From a virus: a stretch of DNA of 39,300 bases. The notes under the pieces were generated by a model. The model searched no databases. It saw nothing but the letters and a program-made list of their open reading frames with translations, and was not told where the DNA came from. Shown here one piece after another: positions 1 through 8,363 of the stretch. The stretch lies in the UHGV virus genome UHGV-0123126, one strand, 5' to 3'. Each line of letters starts with the position of its first letter. Within the stretch, counting starts at the first letter, position 1. The translations under genes and the position numbers were made by a program.

Positions 1-491
1 CGCCACCCCACGATGTATCCGGCAAACACATCAATGATGAACGCCACATAGACGAAGCCCCGCCATGTGCTGACGTAAGTAAAATCAGCCACCCACAGCT
101 GGTCAGGTCGTTCTGCCACGAACTGACGGTTTACGCGGTCGCCTGCGGCAACGGCTTTCCGGCTGATGGTCGTACGGACCTTTTTACCCCGGAGAACACC
201 GGCAAGTCCCATAACCGCCATGAGACGTGCCACAGTGCATCTGGCCACTCTGATACCTTCCCGTAACAACTGACGCCAGACTTTACGCACACCGTATACC
301 TTGTGATTTTCATCGTATACGCGCTGTATCTCTTTCTTCAGCCAGTCATCGCGCTGCGCACGGGCACTGCGTTTATCCGGATGATGTCGCTGTTGCTGAC
401 AGTGGTAATACGTTGACGGGGCAATATGCAGTTCGCTGCATAGCGGTCCGACCCCGTACTGCTCACGCAGCTTATCCAGCAGTGGCATCAT
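1..491 (-). CDS. IS3-family transposase OrfB (DDE catalytic domain), 3' end beyond window start
   Basis: Own translation of minus strand: [22 protein letters not shown]...[36 protein letters not shown], open to position 1. The track ORF 131..313 is in a different, spurious frame. Confidence 0.85.
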   Translation of the reverse strand, partial: MMPLLDKLREQYGVGPLCSELHIAPSTYYHCQQQRHHPDKRSARAQRDDWLKKEIQRVYDENHKVYGVRKVWRQLLREGIRVARCTVARLMAVMGLAGVLRGKKVRTTISRKAVAAGDRVNRQFVAERPDQLWVADFTYVSTWRGFVYVAFIIDVFAGYIVGW

Positions 492-814
492 TTTTTCCAG
501 AGGCGGTCGAACTCCGCCTTCGCAAAATAAGCGGAAGCCTGGCGAAGGATATCGTTACTGCGGCGCAGTTCACGATTTTCACGTTCCAGCTCTTTCAGAC
601 GCTGACGTTCAGCGGTGGTGAGCCCTCCATCACCGCCCCCGGTATCCCGCTCATGCTGGCGAACCCAGACACGCAGAGTCTCCGGCGTACAGCCAATCTT
701 TGGAGCAATGGAACAAATTGTCGCCCATTGTGAGTCATATTCGCTCTGACTTTCCAGAACCATACGGACTGCCCGTTGACGGACTTCGGGGGAAAAACGA
801 GTATTTTTAGTCAT
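488..814 (-). CDS. IS3-family transposase OrfA (HTH DNA-binding, leucine-zipper-like C-terminus)
   Basis: 108-aa [26 protein letters not shown]...; 3' end overlaps OrfB at the frameshift window. Confidence 0.85.
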   Translation of the reverse strand: MTKNTRFSPEVRQRAVRMVLESQSEYDSQWATICSIAPKIGCTPETLRVWVRQHERDTGGGDGGLTTAERQRLKELERENRELRRSNDILRQASAYFAKAEFDRLWKK

Positions 815-868
815 CCTGTTTACCTCTTTCTCAGGAAGTTTAGTCTCCAGGATTCCCGGGGCGGTTCA

Positions 869-1080
869 TAGTGTATTTTCTTCAACAGACCCCAAAGTGT
901 TCCGGCTTTTGTAGTCAGTTTTCCTGTTTCTGGATCGTACATACGCCATTCACGCCGCTGGTGGACGATATACCCATCTTCACGTTCCAGACGCTCAAGA
1001 ATGCCAGGCTGCTTGAAACCCTTAGCACGCCAGTATCCGCTTGTTTTCTCGATTTCCAGACCTGCCAGTGTTAATGCCAT
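869..1080 (-). pseudogene. Small phage ORF interrupted by the IS insertion (about 70 native codons; track ORF 820..1080 ends inside IS sequence)
   Basis: ORF starts at 1080 and crosses the IS terminus at 868/869, so its last ~15 codons are IS-encoded. Confidence 0.5.
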
Positions 1081-1415
1081 TATCCAACCTCCTTGCAGTC
1101 ATCGAAAAGGTAGCTTTGCTGAGAAGCGTGAACGCCATAGAAGCCCTTGTATTTGTTGTATACGAAGTGGTCTTCTCCGACGCCGGTTAATTTGCCATTA
1201 CGATTTGTGAGATATGGGGATGACAACACTCGATCGTCACGCACAACATAGAACTGGTCGCCGCTGTCTACGACCATCGCTCCATATGGTGCTTTTATGA
1301 CGTCGGTAAGAGCGCCATTCTTAACGTCGGCTACAGACATTTCACACTGATAAACAGTGGTGTCGGCCACAACGATCGAAGAAAGGAACAACAGCGCGAA
1401 TGGGATGGCCTTCAT
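1080..1415 (-). CDS. Hypothetical secreted protein (N-terminal signal peptide)
   Basis: 111 aa; hydrophobic N-terminus MKAIPFALLFLSSIVVA; start overlaps the stop of the upstream small ORF. Confidence 0.5.
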   Translation of the reverse strand: MKAIPFALLFLSSIVVADTTVYQCEMSVADVKNGALTDVIKAPYGAMVVDSGDQFYVVRDDRVLSSPYLTNRNGKLTGVGEDHFVYNKYKGFYGVHASQQSYLFDDCKEVG

Positions 1416-1591
1416 GCTGCCACCTCTTTGATTACATCAAATGCTGAATTAAATACGAGCACGATAGCCAAAGCGTTTATGACTACGTCGTGCACCGGGG
1501 AAAAGACTTTACGAATGACACCAGTGAAAATGCAGTCGATGACAAAAGCTATTGAAACGATGAGTAACAAGTATTCAATAAAAATCTTCAT
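1412..1591 (-). CDS. Small membrane protein (59 aa), not in ORF track
   Basis: Own translation MKIFIEYLLLIVSIAFVIDCIFTGVIRKVFSPVHDVVINALAIVLVFNSAFDVIKEVAA; stop overlaps next start. Confidence 0.4.
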   Translation of the reverse strand: MKIFIEYLLLIVSIAFVIDCIFTGVIRKVFSPVHDVVINALAIVLVFNSAFDVIKEVAA

Positions 1592-1630
1592 GATAGGTAG
1601 ATACTAACTTATATAAATTTTACTGTAAAC

Positions 1631-1906
1631 TCACTCAAAAGTGCTGATGCTTAAAATACGCTCAAGATGTTCGGCATCTTCATCACTGATTTGTTGAGTC
1701 TCTTCTACGTACCAACAGTTGCCGTTATGCCAACAAACACCATCATCATCAACCATCACTGAATCAGCGTCATGACCTGTATATTCAACGAGAATACGCT
1801 GGATCAGCGCGTCAGTTTCTTCGTCGTTAAGGCCATCGGCTTTGACCATAAAAAGCGGAAACACGTCATAGACAGTGCTGGTAACGATTCGAACTAAAAC
1901 TCTCAT
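1631..1906 (-). CDS. Hypothetical acidic protein
   Basis: 91-aa ORF, co-directional with neighbours, A/T-rich motif upstream of start. Confidence 0.5.
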   Translation of the reverse strand: MRVLVRIVTSTVYDVFPLFMVKADGLNDEETDALIQRILVEYTGHDADSVMVDDDGVCWHNGNCWYVEETQQISDEDAEHLERILSISTFE

Positions 1907-1961
1907 GTGTTTTTCCTTTTGTGGTTAGTGTTTACTTATTTTGTTAGTTATGAATAGGCGA

Positions 1962-2387
1962 TCAATCTTCTTGTTTAGGGAAAAACTGTTCAATAACTCT
2001 GTCAACGGCTGTGTCTATATGGAGTAGATGCCACACAACCATATCTTTGCTTCCCATGCCTTGTGTGAATATCACGTCATACTTACGCCATGCGCAGTGG
2101 AACCAATATGCTGAGTCATCAATTGGTAAATCCTCTCCCGCCTCTTTGAAGTATTTCAGCAGCATTGCCTGCTCTGCCGTTGGCGTTGGACCTATTTCCT
2201 GAGCGTACATACGGATGAATCGCTGCCAGTCTGTCTCGTCGGGGGTTGGATCTGGTGGGGTCATTTCTGCGATAGCGTTTCGTAGCTGATGCGCCCAATC
2301 AGGTTCAGGAAAGCCTTTTGCTACTTCATCATCAATAACATCCAGAGCCACGTTTGCGGCATCGTAGAGTTTCTTAATAGCTGCCAT
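1962..2387 (-). CDS. Hypothetical protein
   Basis: 141-aa ORF; SD-like AAGGATAAG upstream; preceded by conserved 20-mer TTTTAAACAAATTGTTTTCT (plus-strand spelling). Confidence 0.55.
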   Translation of the reverse strand: MAAIKKLYDAANVALDVIDDEVAKGFPEPDWAHQLRNAIAEMTPPDPTPDETDWQRFIRMYAQEIGPTPTAEQAMLLKYFKEAGEDLPIDDSAYWFHCAWRKYDVIFTQGMGSKDMVVWHLLHIDTAVDRVIEQFFPKQED

Positions 2388-2399
2388 GTTTTCTTATCC

Positions 2400-2419
2400 T
2401 TTTAAACAAATTGTTTTCT
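2400..2419. promoter_or_regulatory. Conserved 20-mer TTTTAAACAAATTGTTTTCT with palindromic core AAACAA-A-TTGTTT
   Basis: Identical 20-mer recurs at 30628..30647; variant AAACAA-C-TTGTTTTCTTA at 33560..33578. All lie just 5' of minus-strand gene starts. Confidence 0.45.
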
Positions 2420-2434
2420 TAATAAGATAATTGC

Positions 2435-2462
2435 GATAAAAAAGGCGTCCAACTGGACGCCT
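2435..2462 (-). terminator. Rho-independent terminator (stem AGGCGTCC/GGACGCCT, loop AACT, T-run on minus strand)
   Basis: Hairpin 2443..2462 followed on the minus strand by TTTTTTAT; sits just after the SPFH gene stop. Confidence 0.55.
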
Positions 2463-2478
2463 GAACTTTTTAGGGGAG

Positions 2479-3309
2479 TTATTTCACTGTAATGAAAGGA
2501 GTGTTAGCCCCTTGAGTCATGTACTGCGGTAACTGGCCATTCCATTTATTGATGGCTTCCAGTTCCATAACGTTCGGGTTTTGACGCAGAGCTTCACCGC
2601 GCAGACGAATGGCGTCTGCTTCTGCTTGCGCACGAGCACGGATAGCATCAGCTTCACCATTAGCCTGTTCACGTAGCATATTCGCCTCAGCTTTACGTTG
2701 TTCAACTTCCTGCTGACGTTGCAGAGTACGCTGGTTAGCCGTTACTTTGGCGTTAATAGATTCAATGACAGTTTTTGGGTAATCAGGCTTTCCAACCCAT
2801 GACAGGCTCAGTACCTCAATACCAACCGGAGACATCTCTTTCTGAATATCTTTCAGTGCGTTGTCCAGCAATTGTGCCTTACCACCGTCGATAAATGAGT
2901 CAGTGGTCATACGGCTGGCCAAACGGTTTAGAGAGTCGGCAATTTTCTGACGCAGATCTGATTCGGTGATATCGTCTACGCCTTTGCGATAGGTCTGGAA
3001 CACCGTCGTTACCTTGTCACGATTAACCAGATACGCAACGCCAATTTTGTGACCAATAGCAGTACCGTCACTCATCTGGAATGTGAACGGCTCGTCGTAG
3101 GTCTTCATTTGTTTGAAGGTCGGGAATACGTAAAGTTCGGTGTTAAGACCTGTCCATTGGCGACCAACGCCAACCACTTCACCAATCCCTTTGTCTTCAC
3201 CTAATTTGTTTACTTTGATGCCAACGTATCCAGGCTCCACGCGATCACAGCCAGTAAGACCCATTGTGCAAATAGCCGCCAGAGCAACTGCAAGTAAACC
3301 TTTCTTCAT
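2479..3309 (-). CDS. SPFH/band-7 (HflC/HflK-like) domain lipoprotein
   Basis: 276 aa; signal peptide with lipobox LTGC; C-terminal Ala/Glu/Arg-rich coiled-coil typical of SPFH proteins (recognised by eye). Confidence 0.7.
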   Translation of the reverse strand: MKKGLLAVALAAICTMGLTGCDRVEPGYVGIKVNKLGEDKGIGEVVGVGRQWTGLNTELYVFPTFKQMKTYDEPFTFQMSDGTAIGHKIGVAYLVNRDKVTTVFQTYRKGVDDITESDLRQKIADSLNRLASRMTTDSFIDGGKAQLLDNALKDIQKEMSPVGIEVLSLSWVGKPDYPKTVIESINAKVTANQRTLQRQQEVEQRKAEANMLREQANGEADAIRARAQAEADAIRLRGEALRQNPNVMELEAINKWNGQLPQYMTQGANTPFITVK

Positions 3310-3312
3310 TAC

Positions 3313-3513
3313 TTATTTCCCCTTTGCTTTGATTAATGAGTTGATAAACTTACGACCAGCAATAAGACCGATTACAGGAGCACCAAAACCAACGACAACT
3401 CCAAACATGACGGCTAAATCACTCTTGGTAGAAATCAGCGACGGAACCAGTAAACCGTAGATGAGAGCCACTGAAAGGCCTGTGGCTACTGCCAATAGAT
3501 AGATTTTGATCAT
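3313..3513 (-). CDS. Small two-helix membrane protein, co-operonic with the SPFH lipoprotein (possible NfeD-like partner)
   Basis: 66 aa, two hydrophobic segments; stop 4 nt upstream of the SPFH start. Confidence 0.5.
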   Translation of the reverse strand: MIKIYLLAVATGLSVALIYGLLVPSLISTKSDLAVMFGVVVGFGAPVIGLIAGRKFINSLIKAKGK

Positions 3514-3545
3514 GTGTTTTCCTATGTGGTTGTTATGTGAAAATA

Positions 3546-3561
3546 ATAAGTAAGTACTTAT
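3546..3561. promoter_or_regulatory. Palindrome ATAAGTA-AG-TACTTAT upstream of the SPFH operon
   Basis: Member of a recurring ATAAGTA..TACTTAT palindrome family (also 15746..15759, 23317..23338, 26840..26859). Confidence 0.4.
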
Positions 3562-3572
3562 ATATTTTCAAG

Positions 3573-3600
3573 AGATAAAAAGGCGTCCTGTGGACGCCTT
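3573..3600 (-). terminator. Rho-independent terminator (AAGGCGTCC-TGT-GGACGCCTT)
   Basis: Perfect 9-bp stem immediately 3' of the recombinase stop, followed by a T-run on the minus strand. Confidence 0.6.
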
Positions 3601-3604
3601 GTGT

Positions 3605-5944
3605 TTACTCTTCTACTGACTCGGTGGGGTTGTCTTTTGCTCTTCGGTCGTCGATTGCCTGCAAAGCCGCAATGATTTCAGCCAGTGGCTTCTCCCGATA
3701 CATCTCGACGATCTGCGATTTGGTGTATTTCTTGTCACCAATTTCAACTCGCCCGCTGGCGTTCTTTGGCAGGTATCCTTCTTCCAGCATGTACTCGACG
3801 AGCGATTCGATAACGTCGAGGCCACGAGTAGGATCGAAGTAGAATTTCCAGGTGCATTTGCCATACGGTGGTGCAACTTTGTTTTTGATGCATTCTGCGC
3901 CTACGTCCTGGCCGATCTTCTCTTTACCATCCTTCATCACCGATGCACCAAGACGGATACGTACAGAAGCGTAGAACTTCGGTGAATCTCCACCTGGCGA
4001 CGTAGTAGGGTCGCCAAACATTACACCGATTTTTGTGCGAACCTGATTCAAGAAGATGATGCAGGCGTTGTATTTGCGTGCCCACAAAGCCAGAGTAGGG
4101 AAGTTCGCACTCGTCGCACGAGCCAGTGCCGTATTGTCGTTCATGTTTAGCTGATCTTTGTCTTTGGCTGTGCCTTCAGCCATCTTTTCGAACTTCTCGG
4201 CTTTGGAGTTCGGAACCATAGACGCAAGAGAGTCAGCCACGATACAGATAGGTGCTGATTCGGGGATAAGCTCTTCATCACGAACCAATTTAAGTATTGT
4301 GCCGATCAACTCTACAGAGTCTTCGAAGGTATCTGGCTGCTTGTATACCCACTGACCGTCATCCTCATCTGCGTTCAGGCCATTGGCTACAGCCAGGCCA
4401 ACGTCAAAACTGTTTTCATGATCGAGGAATACCGCCAGACCATCTTGTTTTTGAGCGGAGATCATCGCTGCTGTTGCAAGGAATGTGTTGTGGCTGATAA
4501 TCCCGTTAGACCAGAAAGAGTGTGTTTCCGGCATCGCTACGTCGAACGTTGGTGCTTCACCTTCCTCAATAGCCACGACTTCGTCGTAGAACAAGTTAGA
4601 GCCAATTACCGCTGCCAGTTGTGCAAACAGATGCTCGTTAAAACGATTCTTTCTGCCAATGAAGGAGACATAGATTTCTCGCAGTTTGTCTATTCCGACA
4701 CGATCGCCGCGGCCAATAACGTGGTCTACCAGAGCGTAGTCTTCACGGGTGGTCTTGGTGAGCGACTCGTAGAGTGATTTCACTAAGCCGCTGATGTGCG
4801 GAACATAGCCTGAGTAAGTGCGGTCAAAACCAATGTCCCGTTTGGTTGCCACTGATAAACGTGCCGGAGATTCGAAACCAATCGTTGACAGAAAAAGGTC
4901 GTAATTAGAGCCACTGAATGACAGCCGGTAATATGTATTTTCATAACCCGCGACGTGTTTTTCAGAGATAGTTGACGTAATCCCCAGATTCAGGAGCATG
5001 AGGCGAATTTGCTGTAGCAGCAGCCCACTCGCGCTCACAACCTCAATGCAGCGACCATCATTGACGTGGCATTCCAGCTCAAAGTAGCCGCGAAGGAATG
5101 CAATTTGAGCCTCGCTATTGGCGCGACGCACACTCAACGGAACCTGCTTGCCAGCAGCTTTCTCATACTCCAGACCATATTCTTTAAAAAGCAGCGAACG
5201 CACCTCTTTGCTAAACAGCACATGGTCTTCCGAGCCGTTATGTTTTCTCGTAACTGGCATCTTGTCTGATACCAGCGAAATGAGGCGGTAGTACTCATCC
5301 TTGATGAAAGGATCTGTGTTAGAAAAATTCACTGAATTTTCAGAGGCCACGTATCCGTCAGCAATTAAATAGCCCATCAGTTTTGCGATATTGGCATCCA
5401 GGTGCTGATCGCCGAATTGATGTGTGCCAACCATTGAAGGAATCGTGTCGCCTACACTGATTTTTTCAGCATGTCGCCAGACGACATTACCTAAGTCGTC
5501 AACCACACGGATTGGGTGACGGAACGTAGCCTCGATATAACCGCCTGATGCCAGCTTAATACGCTTGAATTTGCGACGGTTGTTCCATGTCAGGTGTGAG
5601 GTCTTCTCTATCACGCCATTTTCATTGATGAGTCCAACGTTATGCTCTACATCGCGAGTAGTGCATGTCGCTTTGTACCCTTCAATCTCAAACAACTCTT
5701 TCACTGTTACCATTCCACGCTCCGTCAGCAGCATGGTGTCTGCGGTAACACATTTCCCCGCGCTTGGTGGCCCGAATACTTCTACGATACGACCACATGG
5801 GAAACCGCCATCGTAACGACCGGAAATAGCTTTGTTTAACGGAGGAAAGCCTGTGTCAATCCAATGAGTTACTTTCTGAATTTCGTCGTTGCTACCGATT
5901 TTCTTTTTCAGAGCAAGTGCCAGTGCGGATTTTCCTTTTGCCAT
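3605..5944 (-). CDS. recA: RecA-family recombinase (RecA/UvsX-like) interrupted by an intein; 779-aa precursor, about 357-aa mature protein
   Basis: N-extein ends GRIVEVFGPPSAGK (Walker A); C-extein resumes TFLATAAM... and contains NQVRTKIGVMFGDPTTSPGGDSPKFYASVRIRLG, closely matching the E. coli RecA core recalled from memory. Confidence 0.9.
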   Translation of the reverse strand: MAKGKSALALALKKKIGSNDEIQKVTHWIDTGFPPLNKAISGRYDGGFPCGRIVEVFGPPSAGKCVTADTMLLTERGMVTVKELFEIEGYKATCTTRDVEHNVGLINENGVIEKTSHLTWNNRRKFKRIKLASGGYIEATFRHPIRVVDDLGNVVWRHAEKISVGDTIPSMVGTHQFGDQHLDANIAKLMGYLIADGYVASENSVNFSNTDPFIKDEYYRLISLVSDKMPVTRKHNGSEDHVLFSKEVRSLLFKEYGLEYEKAAGKQVPLSVRRANSEAQIAFLRGYFELECHVNDGRCIEVVSASGLLLQQIRLMLLNLGITSTISEKHVAGYENTYYRLSFSGSNYDLFLSTIGFESPARLSVATKRDIGFDRTYSGYVPHISGLVKSLYESLTKTTREDYALVDHVIGRGDRVGIDKLREIYVSFIGRKNRFNEHLFAQLAAVIGSNLFYDEVVAIEEGEAPTFDVAMPETHSFWSNGIISHNTFLATAAMISAQKQDGLAVFLDHENSFDVGLAVANGLNADEDDGQWVYKQPDTFEDSVELIGTILKLVRDEELIPESAPICIVADSLASMVPNSKAEKFEKMAEGTAKDKDQLNMNDNTALARATSANFPTLALWARKYNACIIFLNQVRTKIGVMFGDPTTSPGGDSPKFYASVRIRLGASVMKDGKEKIGQDVGAECIKNKVAPPYGKCTWKFYFDPTRGLDVIESLVEYMLEEGYLPKNASGRVEIGDKKYTKSQIVEMYREKPLAEIIAALQAIDDRRAKDNPTESVEE
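4487..5752 (-). other. Intein (422 aa) with LAGLIDADG homing-endonuclease domain, inserted in the RecA P-loop
   Basis: Begins with Cys right after GPPSAGK, ends ...SHN followed by Thr; internal LMGYLIADGYV motif. Confidence 0.85.
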
Positions 5945-5946
5945 GA

Positions 5947-6213
5947 TCAGGCTCCTTTTGTTTCGTTGATTCGTTTTAAAGCGGCGGATTCGTCTAATAC
6001 AATCGCATCGTGATTAAGGAGTCTGGATACACGAGCGAGGATTTTTACGACCTGCTCGCTGACTAATCCAAACTCGCGATCTGTCGCTTTCATTCCGGCA
6101 GCGCCTAGAATTGACGGCAGTGCGATGACAGCGTACTCACCGTGATAAAAGACAATCTCTTTTGCCAGTTGGGTGGGGGTGGTTGTAGCGCCATTAATAA
6201 TCGATTTAAGCAT
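5947..6213 (-). CDS. Hypothetical protein (about 88 aa), translationally coupled to the recombinase
   Basis: ORF between flap endonuclease and recombinase; ATG at 6211..6213 overlaps the endonuclease stop (TAATG). Confidence 0.45.
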   Translation of the reverse strand: MLKSIINGATTTPTQLAKEIVFYHGEYAVIALPSILGAAGMKATDREFGLVSEQVVKILARVSRLLNHDAIVLDESAALKRINETKGA

Positions 6214-7208
6214 TAGCAATACCTTTCGAATGGAAGAACAAACACTTCAAGGTCTTCAAGGAACGAACGGAAATTCAGCTCGTAGCACAGTTGCTCGAAT
6301 GCTTTCACGTCACGATTGCCTTTGATTGTTTCGATTTCGGTAGGCGGAAACTTCGTCTCAATCAGGTTCATTAGCGTGATGTTTCTCTTGAACGCTTCGA
6401 GCATTCGACAGCCTGTTTTCTCGTTGAAGGCATTCTTCGCTAGTTTGTTGAAGGCGGTCTTATGACGCCCTTTATTAACCACGATTGAGCCGTCGTTGAT
6501 GCCGCGTACCATCGTTGCGACACTTCCCCATTCATGCAGCAGCTCTTTCGCACCGCCAGCACCAATGCCTCCAACACCGCTAATGTTGTCCGAGTTATCG
6601 CCTTGTAATGCTTTTGCTTCCAAAAATGCGCGAGGCGTGGCGAATCCTGTCAGCTCCGCAAATTGCTCAAAATTAACCTGCTTGTTTTTGGCGTCTTCAC
6701 GCAGGCTTACCCAGCTTACGTTTTCACGAACTAACTGAAGCCAGTCGCTATCGCCTGTTAACAGATAGATGTGTTCAACGGTTGGCTGCGGTGCCATGCG
6801 GGATACCAGCAGCCCGGCCAGATCATCCGCTTCTGCATCTTTTGCAATGAGTTGGGTAACTCCAAGCGCGGTCATCATTTTGAGGATGTATGGCTTCTGG
6901 ATAGCAAAGCCTTCCTTCATCTTTTTCATATCAGGATCGTCGTCGCGATTTGCTTTGTAGTCCGGGTAAAAGTCGCGACGCTTGTCACTAAATCCATCCC
7001 AAAGAATCATAGGTCGGGCATGGAGGATGGAGGCATAACGACGGACGTTCTTAACAAAGCCGAAAGCAGCCTGTACTTCCATTTCGCCGTTGTGCAATTT
7101 GTCAGATTGTTGGTGGTAATAACCCAGGCTATTGCCATCTACGAAGAGATAATTCACCGGTACATTCCTTCCAAAAAGTAAGGCGTCCGTAGACGCCTTA
7201 CTGGTCAC
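6213..7208 (-). CDS. 5'-3' exonuclease / flap endonuclease (FEN family); true start may be the GTG at 7155..7157
   Basis: LFVDGNSL near the N-terminus and GDNSDNISGVGGIG H3TH motif. A terminator-like hairpin at 7171..7200 lies inside the track ORF's first codons. Confidence 0.8.
   Translation of the reverse strand: MTSKASTDALLFGRNVPVNYLFVDGNSLGYYHQQSDKLHNGEMEVQAAFGFVKNVRRYASILHARPMILWDGFSDKRRDFYPDYKANRDDDPDMKKMKEGFAIQKPYILKMMTALGVTQLIAKDAEADDLAGLLVSRMAPQPTVEHIYLLTGDSDWLQLVRENVSWVSLREDAKNKQVNFEQFAELTGFATPRAFLEAKALQGDNSDNISGVGGIGAGGAKELLHEWGSVATMVRGINDGSIVVNKGRHKTAFNKLAKNAFNEKTGCRMLEAFKRNITLMNLIETKFPPTEIETIKGNRDVKAFEQLCYELNFRSFLEDLEVFVLPFERYC
7171..7200 (-). terminator. Terminator-like hairpin (TAAGGCGTC-CGTA-GACGCCTTA) after the SSB-like gene
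   Basis: Same stem sequence family as the hairpins at 2443 and 3580; followed on the minus strand by CTTTTTGG. Confidence 0.45.
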
Positions 7209-7217
7209 GTAATGGGA

Positions 7218-8246
7218 TTACAGAGAGTCCAGCTCTCTCAGTAGGTCATCCAGACCTTCATCTTCCGTCGCAGATGCGGCTGCTACAGATGTCGCTGCGA
7301 CTGCTTCAGACTCTTTGACTGATACTGCAACGGCAGCGGAACTTGCTTCTGGTTTAAATTCAGTTTCAACGGCACGGAGGATTTCTTCATCAACCAGACT
7401 GGTTGGTTCAGAAGCCGGTGTGTGCGCGGTTGCTACAGCCGTCGCTCCTTCTGTATGACCAGTGACAGAGCCAAATCCAGGTAGTGCCGCAGCCGATGTT
7501 TTCGCGGTTGAGGAAATTGCTGGTGCAGATGCTGCGGCAGTTGGTGCAGCGATGCCAATCAGACGACCCATAGTGCGAACTGTCGACAGAAGACGAGTTT
7601 CATCAGCCTGATTTGCGTATGCGATCAGATCATGCTGGGTGTTCCAGAATTTATCTTCGATATCGCCTTTGTAGACTTTACGCTTAGGCGAGACGTCATA
7701 TTTGGTATCGCGACCAGAGCCAGTACGTTTAATCAGGAATGCGTAGCCTTCCTCTTTGCTCAGTGGATTGCCGATATCATCAGCGATGTCTTCGGTGATT
7801 GCTTTGCAGATATCATCGAATACAGTAGACGGCAGCTCGATTAACTGGCATTTCTCAGCATCTGCGAAATCCTCACGAGCAGAAAGAATGCCGTTGACCA
7901 GGTAGCGAGGAGTGGCACGCATTTGACCGATGCGTTCTTCCATTGCTTTGTTACCCTTGTGACGAGCGCGACCTTCCATAACCATTTCGCATAGCTGACA
8001 AGCGCGACCGTGAGTATGTTGCTCACAAATATAAGCGTTGGTTGCTTCTTTACCTTCCTCGTTCTGATACTTAACGTAGTGCATACCGAAAGTCTGGAAG
8101 AACTTACCGTTTGGGTCGTCTTTATTCGGGAAGATGCGGATATAGTTGACGCCGTCTTTTAAGCGAGTCAGATCAACGTTGTTGCCACGTTTGGCGGCAA
8201 TGTCTTCACGAGTTTTGTTAAGCAAATCAAGTAATGTCTTAGACAT
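7218..8246 (-). CDS. Putative ssDNA-binding protein (gp32-like: Cys/His zinc site, Ala/Ser/Thr-rich linker, acidic C-terminal tail)
   Basis: CEQHTHGRACQLCE cluster, low-complexity linker, C-terminal DEGLDDLLRELDSL; sits between replication and recombination genes. Confidence 0.5.
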   Translation of the reverse strand: MSKTLLDLLNKTREDIAAKRGNNVDLTRLKDGVNYIRIFPNKDDPNGKFFQTFGMHYVKYQNEEGKEATNAYICEQHTHGRACQLCEMVMEGRARHKGNKAMEERIGQMRATPRYLVNGILSAREDFADAEKCQLIELPSTVFDDICKAITEDIADDIGNPLSKEEGYAFLIKRTGSGRDTKYDVSPKRKVYKGDIEDKFWNTQHDLIAYANQADETRLLSTVRTMGRLIGIAAPTAAASAPAISSTAKTSAAALPGFGSVTGHTEGATAVATAHTPASEPTSLVDEEILRAVETEFKPEASSAAVAVSVKESEAVAATSVAAASATEDEGLDDLLRELDSL

Positions 8247-8363
8247 GTGTTTCTCCTTGTTGTGATTTGGCCGATGGCGCTATGCGCGTTGGGCTTTCGT
8301 TCATTCGTGGCTCTTTCGAGCTGTTAAATGATAGATCAGTACTTACTTATTATCTATCAAAAA

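Larger units (their letters stand above)
1..868 (-). mobile_element. IS3-family insertion sequence (IS629/IS1203-like), truncated by the window edge; terminal inverted repeat ends at 868
   Basis: OrfA (488..814) and OrfB (1..491) overlap in -1 frame at an A-rich slippery site (TGGAAAAAATGA). Minus-strand terminus reads TGAACCGCCCCGGGAATCC, ending at plus 868. OrfB carries a DDE-type region (LWVADFTYV). Family name is from memory. Confidence 0.85.

Noticed and set aside
131-313. 60-aa ORF inside the IS element
   Set aside because: Wrong frame relative to the transposase OrfB that spans the same DNA; OrfB translation is continuous and carries the DDE region.
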